Source: a virus (lineage: Duplodnaviria; Caudoviricetes). From it: a stretch of DNA of 64,000 nt. Under the pieces are notes generated by a model that was not told the origin of the DNA, did not search any database, and saw only the letters and a program-made list of their open reading frames with translations. Where the stretch lies: IMG/VR virus record IMGVR_UViG_3300031992_000057, positions 28,207 through 92,206 of that record; one strand, written 5' to 3'. Shown here piece after piece: positions 10,279 to 18,815 of the stretch (within the stretch, counting starts at the first letter, position 1; each line of letters opens with the position of its first letter). A program made the position numbers and the translations under genes.

Positions 10279-10805
10279 ATCTTACGGTCTTTTGCGCGCC
10301 ATGCGGCCTGCAGGTCGATGTTAAGCCGTTCCCGGCGCCCGTGCAGAACGTCATCGAAGAAGCCCAGGGATTCCTCCGCAGCCTGGCGGGACAGCGAATA
10401 GCATGCGGTCATGTACAGGGAGCCGCGGCACCGTTCCACTTCGTGCCACAAGCCGGCGCCCCTCACGTCCCCGCGGGCCCCTCCCCAGCAAAGTCTCGCC
10501 TCATCGGCATCGTCCGGCAGGGCATCCAGCACCGCCTGAAGCCGTTCCGTGTCCAGAAGGAACCGCACGTCGTCCTCGACGACAAGCAGGCGACGACATG
10601 GAGAACCCAGGAAACTGCGGTACGCGTTGCGGTGTGCGACGAACAGGCCGCGGGGGAATCCGTCGGCGTCGTTGGGGACGTCGGGATTCGATAGCACCGT
10701 TGCGTTGCACTCGATCCTTCGGAGCTCCTCAAGGGCCCCCAACAGCCGACCAGCATATCTAGGGCACGAAAGGAGAAGCTTCATGTCAAACTTCGACCAG
10801 TCCAT
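10152..10805 (-). CDS. Glycosyltransferase, GT25-like
   Basis: GLFVAH...LLVVEDDVRF...TACYSLSR motifs; coupled to upstream stop. Confidence 0.7.
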   Translation of the reverse strand: MDWSKFDMKLLLSCPRYAGRLLGALEELRRIECNATVLSNPDVPNDADGFPRGLFVAHRNAYRSFLGSPCRRLLVVEDDVRFLLDTERLQAVLDALPDDADEARLCWGGARGDVRGAGLWHEVERCRGSLYMTACYSLSRQAAEESLGFFDDVLHGRRERLNIDLQAAWRAKDRKIYICSPPAAIVTSSSGVSGSSARDALLSDAAFCGVVESDFAR

Positions 10806-11599
10806 CAGAAGAAGTCCTCCCTCAGCCGGTTCAGCGCATCCTGCGTCCGCGACCATCCGCGCAGCCGGTTGTCGTAGCCCAACGCCGACTCCGCTATCGC
10901 CATGTTCTCCTTCGAGAAGTCTCTCGTGTACAGCATCCCGTCGCTTGTCGGGACCAGTTCGGCGCCGGTCTTGGAGCGCGACGCCATCGCGGTGACGAAC
11001 ACGTCATCGTCGTGCGGGGCCTTCTCTGCGGCTTCCGCCGGGTCTGCGTCCGGAAACCCCGGCGGGTACAGCATCCCGGCCCAGTGCTCCAGCACGGCCG
11101 TGCGCGGGTTCACGGGCTGCGGACCGCCCTGCACGTTCAAGCTCGTGAATAGCCGCGCCCTGTCCGGGCTACCCTTCGCCAGGCTGTACCTTATCTGCTC
11201 GCCTTTGCCGACAGGGGCCAGCATGCGCAGCGCACGGCACAGGATTCTCCCGGGGAACGTCCAGGACCAGCCGAGCAGGTCCGCGACCATCGAGTCCGGG
11301 TATGCCCGGTCGTCGTCGACCACGATCAGCGTGGCGTCCGGGTGGGCCTTGCGCGCCAGGGTCCACTTCGTGTTCGATCCGTGGTCCTTCGGCGCCGTCA
11401 GAAGCTCGACGTCCCCCGCCCACGCCATCTCACGGATCCCCTCGGGCATGTGTGGAACCGCATCCTCCTGGAGCGCAAGGCATACGCCGGAAAGGTTATG
11501 GCGCACGGCGAGCCTGCAATGGTGTCTCACGACGTCCAGTATGTGCGGCAGCCGGGCCGGTATCGAGGTGAACGATATGTACACTTCCCTCTGTTTCAC
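10805..11599 (-). CDS. GT-A fold glycosyltransferase
   Basis: GTG start; ISFTSIPARL, DHGSNTK, IVVDDDRAYP, HDDDVF motifs. Confidence 0.75.
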   Translation of the reverse strand: MKQREVYISFTSIPARLPHILDVVRHHCRLAVRHNLSGVCLALQEDAVPHMPEGIREMAWAGDVELLTAPKDHGSNTKWTLARKAHPDATLIVVDDDRAYPDSMVADLLGWSWTFPGRILCRALRMLAPVGKGEQIRYSLAKGSPDRARLFTSLNVQGGPQPVNPRTAVLEHWAGMLYPPGFPDADPAEAAEKAPHDDDVFVTAMASRSKTGAELVPTSDGMLYTRDFSKENMAIAESALGYDNRLRGWSRTQDALNRLREDFF

Positions 11600-12357
11600 G
11601 CCTTCTCCCATCTGCACGGCTCCGGGAACCGCGCCTCCATCCATTTCCTGAAGTTCGGCGTGCCGGACGACTCCAGCACGCTCACGAAGCCGTCGCTGTC
11701 CGCGGCCCACGCGTCGATCTCGCCCTCGCCCAGGTCCGCCATCAGCTTCCTGTCGCGTATCGGCGTCCCGCGTATGGACGGGTCCCTCATGCGCGCGGCG
11801 GCGATGAACAGCGAGGACGGCTCGTAGCCGAACGGCGTGGACGCATGGTCGCCCGCGACCTTCACCACGGTCGCGAGGTCCACCGCGTCGAGGTGCGTGT
11901 CGAAGTGCCCGCTCCAGTTGTCCGCCGGCCACCCGAGCCGGTCGAACAGCGCGCGCGTCGCGGTCATCGAACCGCGCCAGTTGGTCATGCGCCAGCCCAC
12001 CGCGCGGAACGTCCATTCCGTCGGGAGCGACGCCCACACGCCCGTCCGCGAGAACCACGGCAGGGTGTCGGCGTCGTACGGCGTCAGCACGAAATGGTCG
12101 TCCGACGCGTACAGGCACGGGCCCGTCACCGCGCCCTCCGCCATGGCGGACAGGATCGCGCGCAGGATGTTCTGCTGCTTCCTCGGGTGCGGCGAGTCGC
12201 ACGGGACGCGCACCACGTCGTCCGAAAGCCAGTCCGGGGGTTCCCCGGCGACCACGACGCGGCCTATGTTCGCCATGTTGGCCGCGTGCGACCGGAGGCT
12301 CATGCGCAGATCCCAGCCGTCGCCGCCTCCCCTGTACGCGTACAGAAGATCCGTCAT
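11596..12357 (-). CDS. Stealth-like sugar-phosphate transferase
   Basis: DLRMSLRS...PDWL...LYASDDHF resembles Stealth CR2 (ELRYSLRS...P.WL...Y.NDD.F). Confidence 0.6.
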   Translation of the reverse strand: MTDLLYAYRGGGDGWDLRMSLRSHAANMANIGRVVVAGEPPDWLSDDVVRVPCDSPHPRKQQNILRAILSAMAEGAVTGPCLYASDDHFVLTPYDADTLPWFSRTGVWASLPTEWTFRAVGWRMTNWRGSMTATRALFDRLGWPADNWSGHFDTHLDAVDLATVVKVAGDHASTPFGYEPSSLFIAAARMRDPSIRGTPIRDRKLMADLGEGEIDAWAADSDGFVSVLESSGTPNFRKWMEARFPEPCRWEKA

Positions 12358-12830
12358 GCGCACAGCTCCTCGAGAAGGTCCGCGATGTCGCCGAGGTCCG
12401 TCTCCGGGTGCAGCCTCCGCAGCGCGCGCACGATGCGCACGCCCGCCGGCGTCCCCGAGACCACGCGCCCCCTGGGGCTCGAGCGGTCCTGCCTTATCCT
12501 CACGGTGTGCTTCACGGCGGGCCCCGGGCCCGCGTCGGACAGGGCCTTGCGCAGCATGGCCTCCGGCGGGACCCTTTCCGGCCCCGTGAACCTCATGTAC
12601 CGTCCGTCCGGCGTCACCAGCCCGACCTCCTGCGCACACGCCACGTCCTCGGTCCTCGTGACCAGGTTGACGAGCCCGAGATAGTCGTCCACCTCGTACA
12701 CCGTGGTGCCCTCGTCGGGGTCCACGCCCGGGAGCGCCCTCGAGATGTACGCTATCGTCGCGCCTTTCGCGAAAGGGGACTGGCCTACCGTGACCCTGAA
12801 CCCTCCCGTCCATTCGCCGTCCATCTTCAT
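12354..12830 (-). CDS. Hypothetical protein
   Basis: ATGA-coupled on both sides. Confidence 0.7.
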   Translation of the reverse strand: MKMDGEWTGGFRVTVGQSPFAKGATIAYISRALPGVDPDEGTTVYEVDDYLGLVNLVTRTEDVACAQEVGLVTPDGRYMRFTGPERVPPEAMLRKALSDAGPGPAVKHTVRIRQDRSSPRGRVVSGTPAGVRIVRALRRLHPETDLGDIADLLEELCA

Positions 12831-13093
12831 CCCTCCACGACCGCGATTATGTCGGAGACGCGCACGAGACGGTATATGGTCCCGTCTATGCGCACGCGCC
12901 TTCCGGCGTTCGGATCGCTCAGGACGGCGCGGTCGCCCGGCCCGAAATCCACCTTCTCGTCCCGCCCCACGGCCACCACCAGGTAGTCGAGGTACGGCGA
13001 GCCGCGCGGGCGCATCACGATGACGCCGCCCTCCACGGCCTCGTCCTGCTCGTCCAGCAGGAGGACGAACCTCTTTATCGGCCTGACGATCAT
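12827..13093 (-). CDS. groES: GroES-like co-chaperonin
   Basis: 88 aa; IVRPI..FVLL...EGGVIV...VVAVG...GDRAV...YRLVRVSDIIAVVE. Confidence 0.8.
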   Translation of the reverse strand: MIVRPIKRFVLLLDEQDEAVEGGVIVMRPRGSPYLDYLVVAVGRDEKVDFGPGDRAVLSDPNAGRRVRIDGTIYRLVRVSDIIAVVEG

Positions 13094-13281
13094 TTCGCCT
13101 TCCCGAAGCTGTTCTTGGCGCGCAGGGCGAAGTTGACGCGCCTCAGGCGCTTCTGCTCCGCCGCGGTGCGCTTGTCCTTCGCCCGGAGGCGCGACTGCTC
13201 CGCGCGGAGCGAAGCCTTCGTCCTCCCGTCGAACATGCCCTTCGCCGACTCCGGCGTGTGCATCTTCTTTCCCCAGCTCAT
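13090..13281 (-). CDS. Small basic hypothetical protein
   Basis: GGAGG RBS, ATGA coupling. Confidence 0.65.
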   Translation of the reverse strand: MSWGKKMHTPESAKGMFDGRTKASLRAEQSRLRAKDKRTAAEQKRLRRVNFALRAKNSFGKAK

Positions 13282-13472
13282 GCCGGACCTCCGTGTGCGA
13301 CGATCGCACGATAGAGCGTCTGCGCAGTGACGCCGCTTCCGCGCACGTACGCCTTCCGCACCCCACTGAAGGGGCGGTGTGGTGAGAGGCCGCAGTATTT
13401 GCGGAACGTCTCGCCGCCGTCATTCCCGGCGCGCCGGACGATACGGACCTTTCCATGGTTCGGGTCGCTCAT
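13278..13472 (-). CDS. Small hypothetical protein
   Basis: RBS and ATGA coupling. Confidence 0.55.
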   Translation of the reverse strand: MSDPNHGKVRIVRRAGNDGGETFRKYCGLSPHRPFSGVRKAYVRGSGVTAQTLYRAIVAHGGPA

Positions 13473-13879
13473 GCGTCCCTCCCCTTCTTGAGCATATCCG
13501 CGGCGTCCGTGCAGTCGACGAGGACGTCCACGAGGTCGTCCGCGGCGTCGATCCACGCGTCGAGTATGCGCATCTTCACCGTCTTGCACATGACGAGGCG
13601 GCGCATCGCGGCGAGGTAGTCCTCCTGCCTGCCGGGGCCGTTGAGGCCCATCGCGACGTGCGCGACGTAGCTCGTGCGGGGCTTTCCGTCGAACTTGCCC
13701 GTCGTCTTCATGACGCGGTACACGTACATGTAGTCCCTCTCGGTCGACAGCCCCTTGACCGTCGACATGATCAGCTTCGACATCGCGGACTTCCTGGACG
13801 TCACCGCCCGGTCCACGTCGTCGAACTTGCGCACGAGGTACGATGGATCCCCGAACACGCCTATGTCCTTCTTGCTCAT
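13469..13879 (-). CDS. Hypothetical protein
   Basis: GAGG RBS; operon context. Confidence 0.7.
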   Translation of the reverse strand: MSKKDIGVFGDPSYLVRKFDDVDRAVTSRKSAMSKLIMSTVKGLSTERDYMYVYRVMKTTGKFDGKPRTSYVAHVAMGLNGPGRQEDYLAAMRRLVMCKTVKMRILDAWIDAADDLVDVLVDCTDAADMLKKGRDA

Positions 13880-13883
13880 CTCT

Positions 13884-14288
13884 TTATCCTCTCTTCTCTT
13901 TCCAGCACAGCTCCTCGAAGAGCCACTCGACGAGGAACGCGCCAAGCTCTTCATCCTGCGTGCCGATGATGCGCAGGACCGCCTGCGCCGCATGGTACGC
14001 CTCGTGCACGAACACACGCGAATCCCACTCCGGCAGGACGACGAACACGTCGCCTCCATCCTTGAGCGTGAGTCCGAGCGAGCCGCCCGACCAGACGCCG
14101 ACCTCGTCCCCCGCCCGCTCGATCTTCCGCCAGTTGGCGCGCTGGGTCTTCTCCGGCAGACCGTACTGCCTGTACATCTCCGGGTCGAGGAAAAGCCTCT
14201 TGAGCTTCTCCTTCGGCCCGCAGAGCACGACCACGGAGCCGCGGAGCACCGCCGACTCGCAGACCTTTATGAACGGCTTCGTCTTCAA
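13884..14288 (-). CDS. Small zincin-like (HExxH) protein
   Basis: VFVHEAYHA...DEELGAFL. Confidence 0.7.
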   Translation of the reverse strand: MKTKPFIKVCESAVLRGSVVVLCGPKEKLKRLFLDPEMYRQYGLPEKTQRANWRKIERAGDEVGVWSGGSLGLTLKDGGDVFVVLPEWDSRVFVHEAYHAAQAVLRIIGTQDEELGAFLVEWLFEELCWKEKRG

Positions 14289-14470
14289 AACGACACCTCC
14301 ACCCCGACCGTGACGCCGAGGCCCTTCGTCTTCCCGTGCCGCTTCCCGCGCTGCTCGACGCGCACCACGGGGACGACGGACGGGGCCTTGCGCCCCCGGG
14401 GCGCCAGGGCGCCCTCGGGGACCTCGGGCTCCGGGTACAGCGGGTTCGCCTTAGGCTTCCGCTTCAGCAT
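14285..14470 (-). CDS. Small hypothetical protein
   Basis: Fills operon gap; stop overlaps next start. Confidence 0.45.
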   Translation of the reverse strand: MLKRKPKANPLYPEPEVPEGALAPRGRKAPSVVPVVRVEQRGKRHGKTKGLGVTVGVEVSF

Positions 14471-14483
14471 GATGTCGTCCGGG

Positions 14484-14750
14484 TCAGTCACCGCGCGCCA
14501 CCTTTTCAAGTTCACGCTTGAGCGCATCGTGCGCCTTCGTCCCCGCAGAGCTGCAGAGCACCCACCAGGCGTACAGCCCCAAGACAACGAAGACAACCGG
14601 CCAGAACAGCGCGATGAAAAACGTCGCGCCCATCTCATCCTTGTCGGAACGGGGGCGCGCAATCGGCCACCCGTCGACCAATGACCAAACGAACGGAGCC
14701 ACGAGGAACCCGATGGCGTACACGATCGCGACGTATGCCCAGACCGTCAT
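14484..14750 (-). CDS. Small membrane protein
   Basis: Two hydrophobic segments; GAGG RBS. Confidence 0.7.
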   Translation of the reverse strand: MTVWAYVAIVYAIGFLVAPFVWSLVDGWPIARPRSDKDEMGATFFIALFWPVVFVVLGLYAWWVLCSSAGTKAHDALKRELEKVARGD

Positions 14751-15019
14751 GTCGCGTACCTCCTCTCCACCTTGCCGATGAGACGGTCGAGGTACCACCT
14801 CGCCTTCTTCAGGGACTCGACAGGCGTCTTGTCCGTGTAGCGCCACACGTACTTGATGACGTTCGCGACGCAGATCGCCTCGTCGGGCGGGCACCCCGTC
14901 ACCGCCGCGTCCAGCGCGTCGATGCACTCGATGCCGCCCTGCGTGTAGTGGTGCGGGTGGTTGACGCTGTCGTCCTTCGGGGCGACTTTGCGCTCCTTGG
15001 CCTCTCGGACGTCCGCCAT
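14747..15019 (-). CDS. DUF3310 (T7 gp1.7 nucleotide kinase-like) protein
   Basis: DSVNHPHHY..GGIECID...NVIKYVWR...SLKKARWYL. Confidence 0.85.
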   Translation of the reverse strand: MADVREAKERKVAPKDDSVNHPHHYTQGGIECIDALDAAVTGCPPDEAICVANVIKYVWRYTDKTPVESLKKARWYLDRLIGKVERRYAT

Positions 15020-15336
15020 CACTTCACCTCCTCCCAGTCCTCGGCCAGCAGGTCGCAGGGCGTCGGATGCCATCCCGTGAGTATCGTCGGGACGCCGTCG
15101 ACCTCGAGGTACATGCAGATCGTCCCGAGTCCGTCGATCGACCCGCCGTTACTCTCCGCCAGCTTCTTCAGCTTCGGGTCCTTGCACCAGTCGGCCTGTA
15201 TCTGGACCGGCGGCTTGAACCAGAGGAACTTGCGCTTGTCGCGCCACCCGCGGCGACGCACCTTCTGTCCAAGCTTCAGGCCGCGGATGGCCCATCCGAT
15301 GTCACAGAAGCCCATTACCGGTCTCCTCTCCTTCAT
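15019..15336 (-). CDS. DUF2829 family protein
   Basis: IGWAI..LKLGQKVRRRGW...GWHPTPCDLLAEDW. Confidence 0.85.
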   Translation of the reverse strand: MKERRPVMGFCDIGWAIRGLKLGQKVRRRGWRDKRKFLWFKPPVQIQADWCKDPKLKKLAESNGGSIDGLGTICMYLEVDGVPTILTGWHPTPCDLLAEDWEEVK

Positions 15337-15485
15337 GTGTCCGCACGCTCATCGCGTCTCCTCGACGTCGCTCACGCTCGGTTCGATCTCGTCGTTCGCC
15401 CCGAACCCCGGAAGGTCGGGCTGCTCCGTCCTGGGCTCGAAGCCCGGGAGCCACATCTGCACGTATCTCGGCATGTCGTCCTCCA

Positions 15486-15770
15486 TCACATTTCCCCCAG
15501 CACGTTGTCGAGCTGGTCTATGGTATAGTCGAGGTCCGCGAGCGTGGACTTCCGCCCCGCCCCCTTCAGCAGACGCTCGCGCATGGACACCAGGTCCGAA
15601 CGGAGCGTGAGAAGCGCCACCTCGCACGTCGGCTTCCCTTTGCGCTCGCTGGGCTTGCGCTCAAGCCCCAGGAGCTCCCTGTCCTGACTGGCGGTCCCGC
15701 CGATCAGGTCTCCGATCACTTCGCCAAGCAGCCGTCCGGCCGCCTTTGCGGTCTCTTTCGATAATGTCAT
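15486..15770 (-). CDS. Hypothetical protein
   Basis: ATGA coupling with HU-like gene. Confidence 0.6.
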   Translation of the reverse strand: MTLSKETAKAAGRLLGEVIGDLIGGTASQDRELLGLERKPSERKGKPTCEVALLTLRSDLVSMRERLLKGAGRKSTLADLDYTIDQLDNVLGEM

Positions 15771-16060
15771 CTCGTCTCTCCCTTGTATTTCGTCTTCGCG
15801 TAGCGGCTCGGCCTGAAGGCGAGCCTCCACGTCTCTATGAACTCTCCTGTCGGTATGCGGTTCCTCCAGGGCCTCCACTCGAAGACCCCGAACCCCACGA
15901 ACTTCGTGCGCGGCTTCGAGACAAGGAGCTTCCAGAGCCCGTTCAGGGCCCTGTCCGTCTGCGCCTTCGAGAGCCCACTGTATCTCGACAGCCATATGCG
16001 GTCGTCCTCTCCGGCGACCCACCGCCGCTCGATTCCACTCGTGTCTATCCTGCCCTTCAA
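15767..16060 (-). CDS. HU/IHF-like DNA-binding protein
   Basis: TTG start after AGGAG; GLSKAQT...FVGFGVFE...IPTGE...LAFRPS. Confidence 0.75.
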   Translation of the reverse strand: MKGRIDTSGIERRWVAGEDDRIWLSRYSGLSKAQTDRALNGLWKLLVSKPRTKFVGFGVFEWRPWRNRIPTGEFIETWRLAFRPSRYAKTKYKGETR

Positions 16061-16084
16061 ACCTTCTGTCTCCTGATGCCGCGT

Positions 16085-16114
16085 ATTGTACCATAACACC
16101 GACGTCGGTGTCAA
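16085..16114 (-). promoter_or_regulatory. Sigma70-type promoter with palindromic operator, copy 1
   Basis: TTGACA-N18-TACAAT with TG extension; perfect 16-bp palindrome ACACCGACGTCGGTGT at 16096-16111. Confidence 0.85.
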
Positions 16115-16131
16115 GGCGTTCTGTGGAGTTT

Positions 16132-16746
16132 TCATCCGCGCATCGCCTTGCGGATGTACGATCTGCGGTTCGCCTCCTTCGCGAGCTCCGCCCGGCACTC
16201 CGCGCAACGCTTGGCGCTGGAGTACATCAGCCGCTCATGCCCGCACCGAGGGCACGTCTTCATGACGTACCTCCCCCTTCTCCGCGAGAACCGGTCAAGC
16301 TCCGGCGGCAGGCGTCCGAGGATCCGCCCGGTGTTCGGCTCGACCTGCGTCACGCGGTCGTCGAACAGGTTGAGCATCAGGTGGTCCTTCTGGTGCGTGA
16401 TCTCCGGGACGAACCCGAGGTTGCGCCAGCACCATTCCTGGATGAACTCCCTCGCCGTCCACCGGTTCTTCGTCGCCCACGGCATGTCCGCCGGGTTGGA
16501 GATGCACCAGTGGTTCTCAAGGTACGGATTGGGTCTGTCCTCGGGCTTCGTGCGAGGCGAGACCCTTGCCGTAAGGATCTTCACCCTGAGGCCGCTCCCG
16601 ACCATCTTCTTCATGAGCTCGACGATTGAGGCAACGGGCTCGCCTATATGGTCGATGCCCTTCCACCCGTCGTACTTCGCGAGCGTGCCGTCCAGGTCGA
16701 ACCCGTACCAGCCGACGCCCACCGCTCCATGCGTGTCGTTTGCCAT
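16132..16746 (-). CDS. HAD-superfamily phosphatase-like protein fused to C-terminal Zn ribbon
   Basis: FDLDGTLA motif I, ILTAR, FDDR; C-terminal CPRC...CAEC with its own ATG (16263) and SD. Confidence 0.75.
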   Translation of the reverse strand: MANDTHGAVGVGWYGFDLDGTLAKYDGWKGIDHIGEPVASIVELMKKMVGSGLRVKILTARVSPRTKPEDRPNPYLENHWCISNPADMPWATKNRWTAREFIQEWCWRNLGFVPEITHQKDHLMLNLFDDRVTQVEPNTGRILGRLPPELDRFSRRRGRYVMKTCPRCGHERLMYSSAKRCAECRAELAKEANRRSYIRKAMRG

Positions 16747-16799
16747 GTCCGCTCCCTCGCAGGAGGCCCCGGCCTTGCGGCCGGGACCGCCTTCCTCGA

Positions 16800-17324
16800 T
16801 CAGGGCCACTCCCCGAGCGGGGCCTGGAGCTTCTCGCCTGCCGCCGTGCAGAAGAACACGTCGTCGACATTGTGCAGGAGCTCGTCCGCGATGTCCTCCA
16901 TCAGCGTCGAGCAGAATCCGTTGATGTCGCCCAGGTTGTCGTCGAAGAACTGCACGACCTCGTTCCGGAACACGCAGTACGTAAGGTTCCGGAAGAGCCC
17001 CTTGGACACCGGGCGGAGCTGCTTCACGACGGGGTTCCCCTTGAACGCCGCCGCGAGCACGTCGCCCGTGCCGCCGAACTCGGTGCGTGCGCCGGGGTTC
17101 GCCGGCTTCACCGTGACCGCCATCGTCACGTTTCCGAACGTGCAGCGGTCCGGCAGGATTATCGCGAGGGCGTCGGCCTTGGCCGCGTCCCCGACGTACA
17201 GCGTGACGGAGGGCTTGCGCTCGTCCATCTCGATGCGTATGTCCGGATCCTCGCCGAAGAGGGCCTTCAGCTTGCTCTGCGCGCGGATCCAGGGTGACTG
17301 TATCTTCAGTATTTCGTCTATCAT
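16800..17324 (-). CDS. Phage hypothetical protein
   Basis: AAGGA RBS; 174 aa; typical codon usage. Confidence 0.75.
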   Translation of the reverse strand: MIDEILKIQSPWIRAQSKLKALFGEDPDIRIEMDERKPSVTLYVGDAAKADALAIILPDRCTFGNVTMAVTVKPANPGARTEFGGTGDVLAAAFKGNPVVKQLRPVSKGLFRNLTYCVFRNEVVQFFDDNLGDINGFCSTLMEDIADELLHNVDDVFFCTAAGEKLQAPLGEWP

Positions 17325-17341
17325 CTTGGTTTCCTTGTTTT

Positions 17342-17560
17342 TCAGTTTGCGGGTCTCCCCGCCTCCGGACGAACGTCCGAAATCCTCTGCCACACGGTGC
17401 AGCTCCGTCCGGGCACCACGGTCTGCTGGTACCCGAGCCTCGCCATCTCCTCGTTGTGCCGGCATATGACCGCGACGAGTCCCAGTATGAGCGTCACGGC
17501 CAGCGCGATGGCGCACAGGACGGCGCAGTTCACCACGAGGCTATCCTTGTCCATGTCCAT
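17342..17560 (-). CDS. Small single-pass membrane protein
   Basis: TM segment then MARLGYQQTVVPG; paralog of 46184-46363. Confidence 0.7.
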   Translation of the reverse strand: MDMDKDSLVVNCAVLCAIALAVTLILGLVAVICRHNEEMARLGYQQTVVPGRSCTVWQRISDVRPEAGRPAN

Positions 17561-17795
17561 CTCTTCTCTCCTTGAGCTTTCTCGCCCTGTGGAGCACGAT
17601 GCCGTACTTGCACATCGGCCCCTTTCCGCTGTTGGGGGCTGCGCGGAGCGGGCACCACCGCTGCCTCCCCACCCACTTCTCGCACGCCGAGCACCGCGGG
17701 GTGTCCCTGCGCGCGCCCGGGAGCTGGTCGAGCCCGTTCTCCATGCCGCGCACGGGGCGGCCCCTCCCCTTGCGGGGCACAAGCTCGTCAGTCAT
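17541..17795 (-). CDS. Small Cys-containing protein
   Basis: CxxC...C...C; GGAGG RBS. Confidence 0.55.
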   Translation of the reverse strand: MTDELVPRKGRGRPVRGMENGLDQLPGARRDTPRCSACEKWVGRQRWCPLRAAPNSGKGPMCKYGIVLHRARKLKERRDGHGQG

Positions 17796-17955
17796 GCCTG
17801 ACCCTCCGCATCTCCCGCACATCCGAGCCGGGATGTTCATCGAGAAACCGCACGAGCGCGTCGTGACAGGTCTCGGCGGCGACCGCGGTGCTGCCGTAGC
17901 GCACGCCGCCGTCTCCGTCCTTGGTCTCGTAGTCTATGCTGAATGTCCATGCCAT
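17788..17955 (-). CDS. Small hypothetical protein
   Basis: GGAG RBS; overlaps next start. Confidence 0.55.
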   Translation of the reverse strand: MAWTFSIDYETKDGDGGVRYGSTAVAAETCHDALVRFLDEHPGSDVREMRRVRHD

Positions 17956-18025
17956 CTCGATTCTCCATGATGCCCCGCGCACGCCGCCAAACAATGAGGA
18001 AACACGGGTGCGCGGGGCGGTTGAT

Positions 18026-18679
18026 TCACTTGCACTTCTTGCCGCTGCACTTGCCGCCCTTGCACGCGGCCTTCGTCGCGGCCTTCGCCGGGGCCTTCTT
18101 GGCCACCGCCTTCGTCGCGGCCTTCGCCGCCGCCTTCGCAACCTTCTTCGTCATGTCCGTCTCACCTCCTTCCTCCGCATTCGTGTCGGAGGCTGCGGGG
18201 GCCTCACTGAAATCAAAGAACTCCTTGCGTATGCGCTCGATGGTCTCGACGATGTTGTTCATCGTCATCATATCCGCGTAGGCGGGGAGCTCGCGCAGAG
18301 CCTCATCAAAGTGGGCGGCGGCCCAGTCCGCATGTGTGGGCGCGGTCCTCTCCTCGATGCAGCGGAGCGCGTCGATAAGCGCCTCCTCGCCATGCTGCTC
18401 GAGCAGGAGCCTCGCCTCGCGCGCCACGCACTCGCCCAGCCCCACGGCAAAGTGCTCCTCCGCGCGCACGAGCGCGCCGACGGCGTACCACAGATGCGAA
18501 AGGTACCCCGCCCTCACCTCGACGAGGTTGATGTAGGCGGTGCACACGCACACCATGTACGGATCCGGCGCAAGCATCTCCGGCGCAAGGGTCTTCGCCC
18601 TGTGGTACAGGGCGGCGGACAGGTGCTTCACCGCGCACTGCGGGCACCCGGGCGTCATCAGTTCGTCAACAACTTCCAT
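18026..18679 (-). CDS. Hypothetical protein with histone-H1-like K/A-rich tail
   Basis: N-terminal CPQC..H; tail KKVAKAAAKAATKAVAKKAPAK...CK. Confidence 0.75.
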   Translation of the reverse strand: MEVVDELMTPGCPQCAVKHLSAALYHRAKTLAPEMLAPDPYMVCVCTAYINLVEVRAGYLSHLWYAVGALVRAEEHFAVGLGECVAREARLLLEQHGEEALIDALRCIEERTAPTHADWAAAHFDEALRELPAYADMMTMNNIVETIERIRKEFFDFSEAPAASDTNAEEGGETDMTKKVAKAAAKAATKAVAKKAPAKAATKAACKGGKCSGKKCK

Positions 18680-18815
18680 CGTCGTCTCCTTCCTTCTCAT
18701 CGTCAAACGAGATGTCGAACCCCACCGTGAGGAACGACCTCAAAGCAAACGCTATGCCGCATACGATAGCCACGATCGCGATCAGCGCGACCAGCAACAG
18801 CTGCCACCAGCTCAC
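18666..18815 (-). CDS. 49-aa membrane peptide (absent from ORF track)
   Basis: GTG start; MSWWQLLLVALIAIVAIVCGIAFAL...; fills the gap exactly. Confidence 0.55.
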   Translation of the reverse strand: MSWWQLLLVALIAIVAIVCGIAFALRSFLTVGFDISFDDEKEGDDDGSC

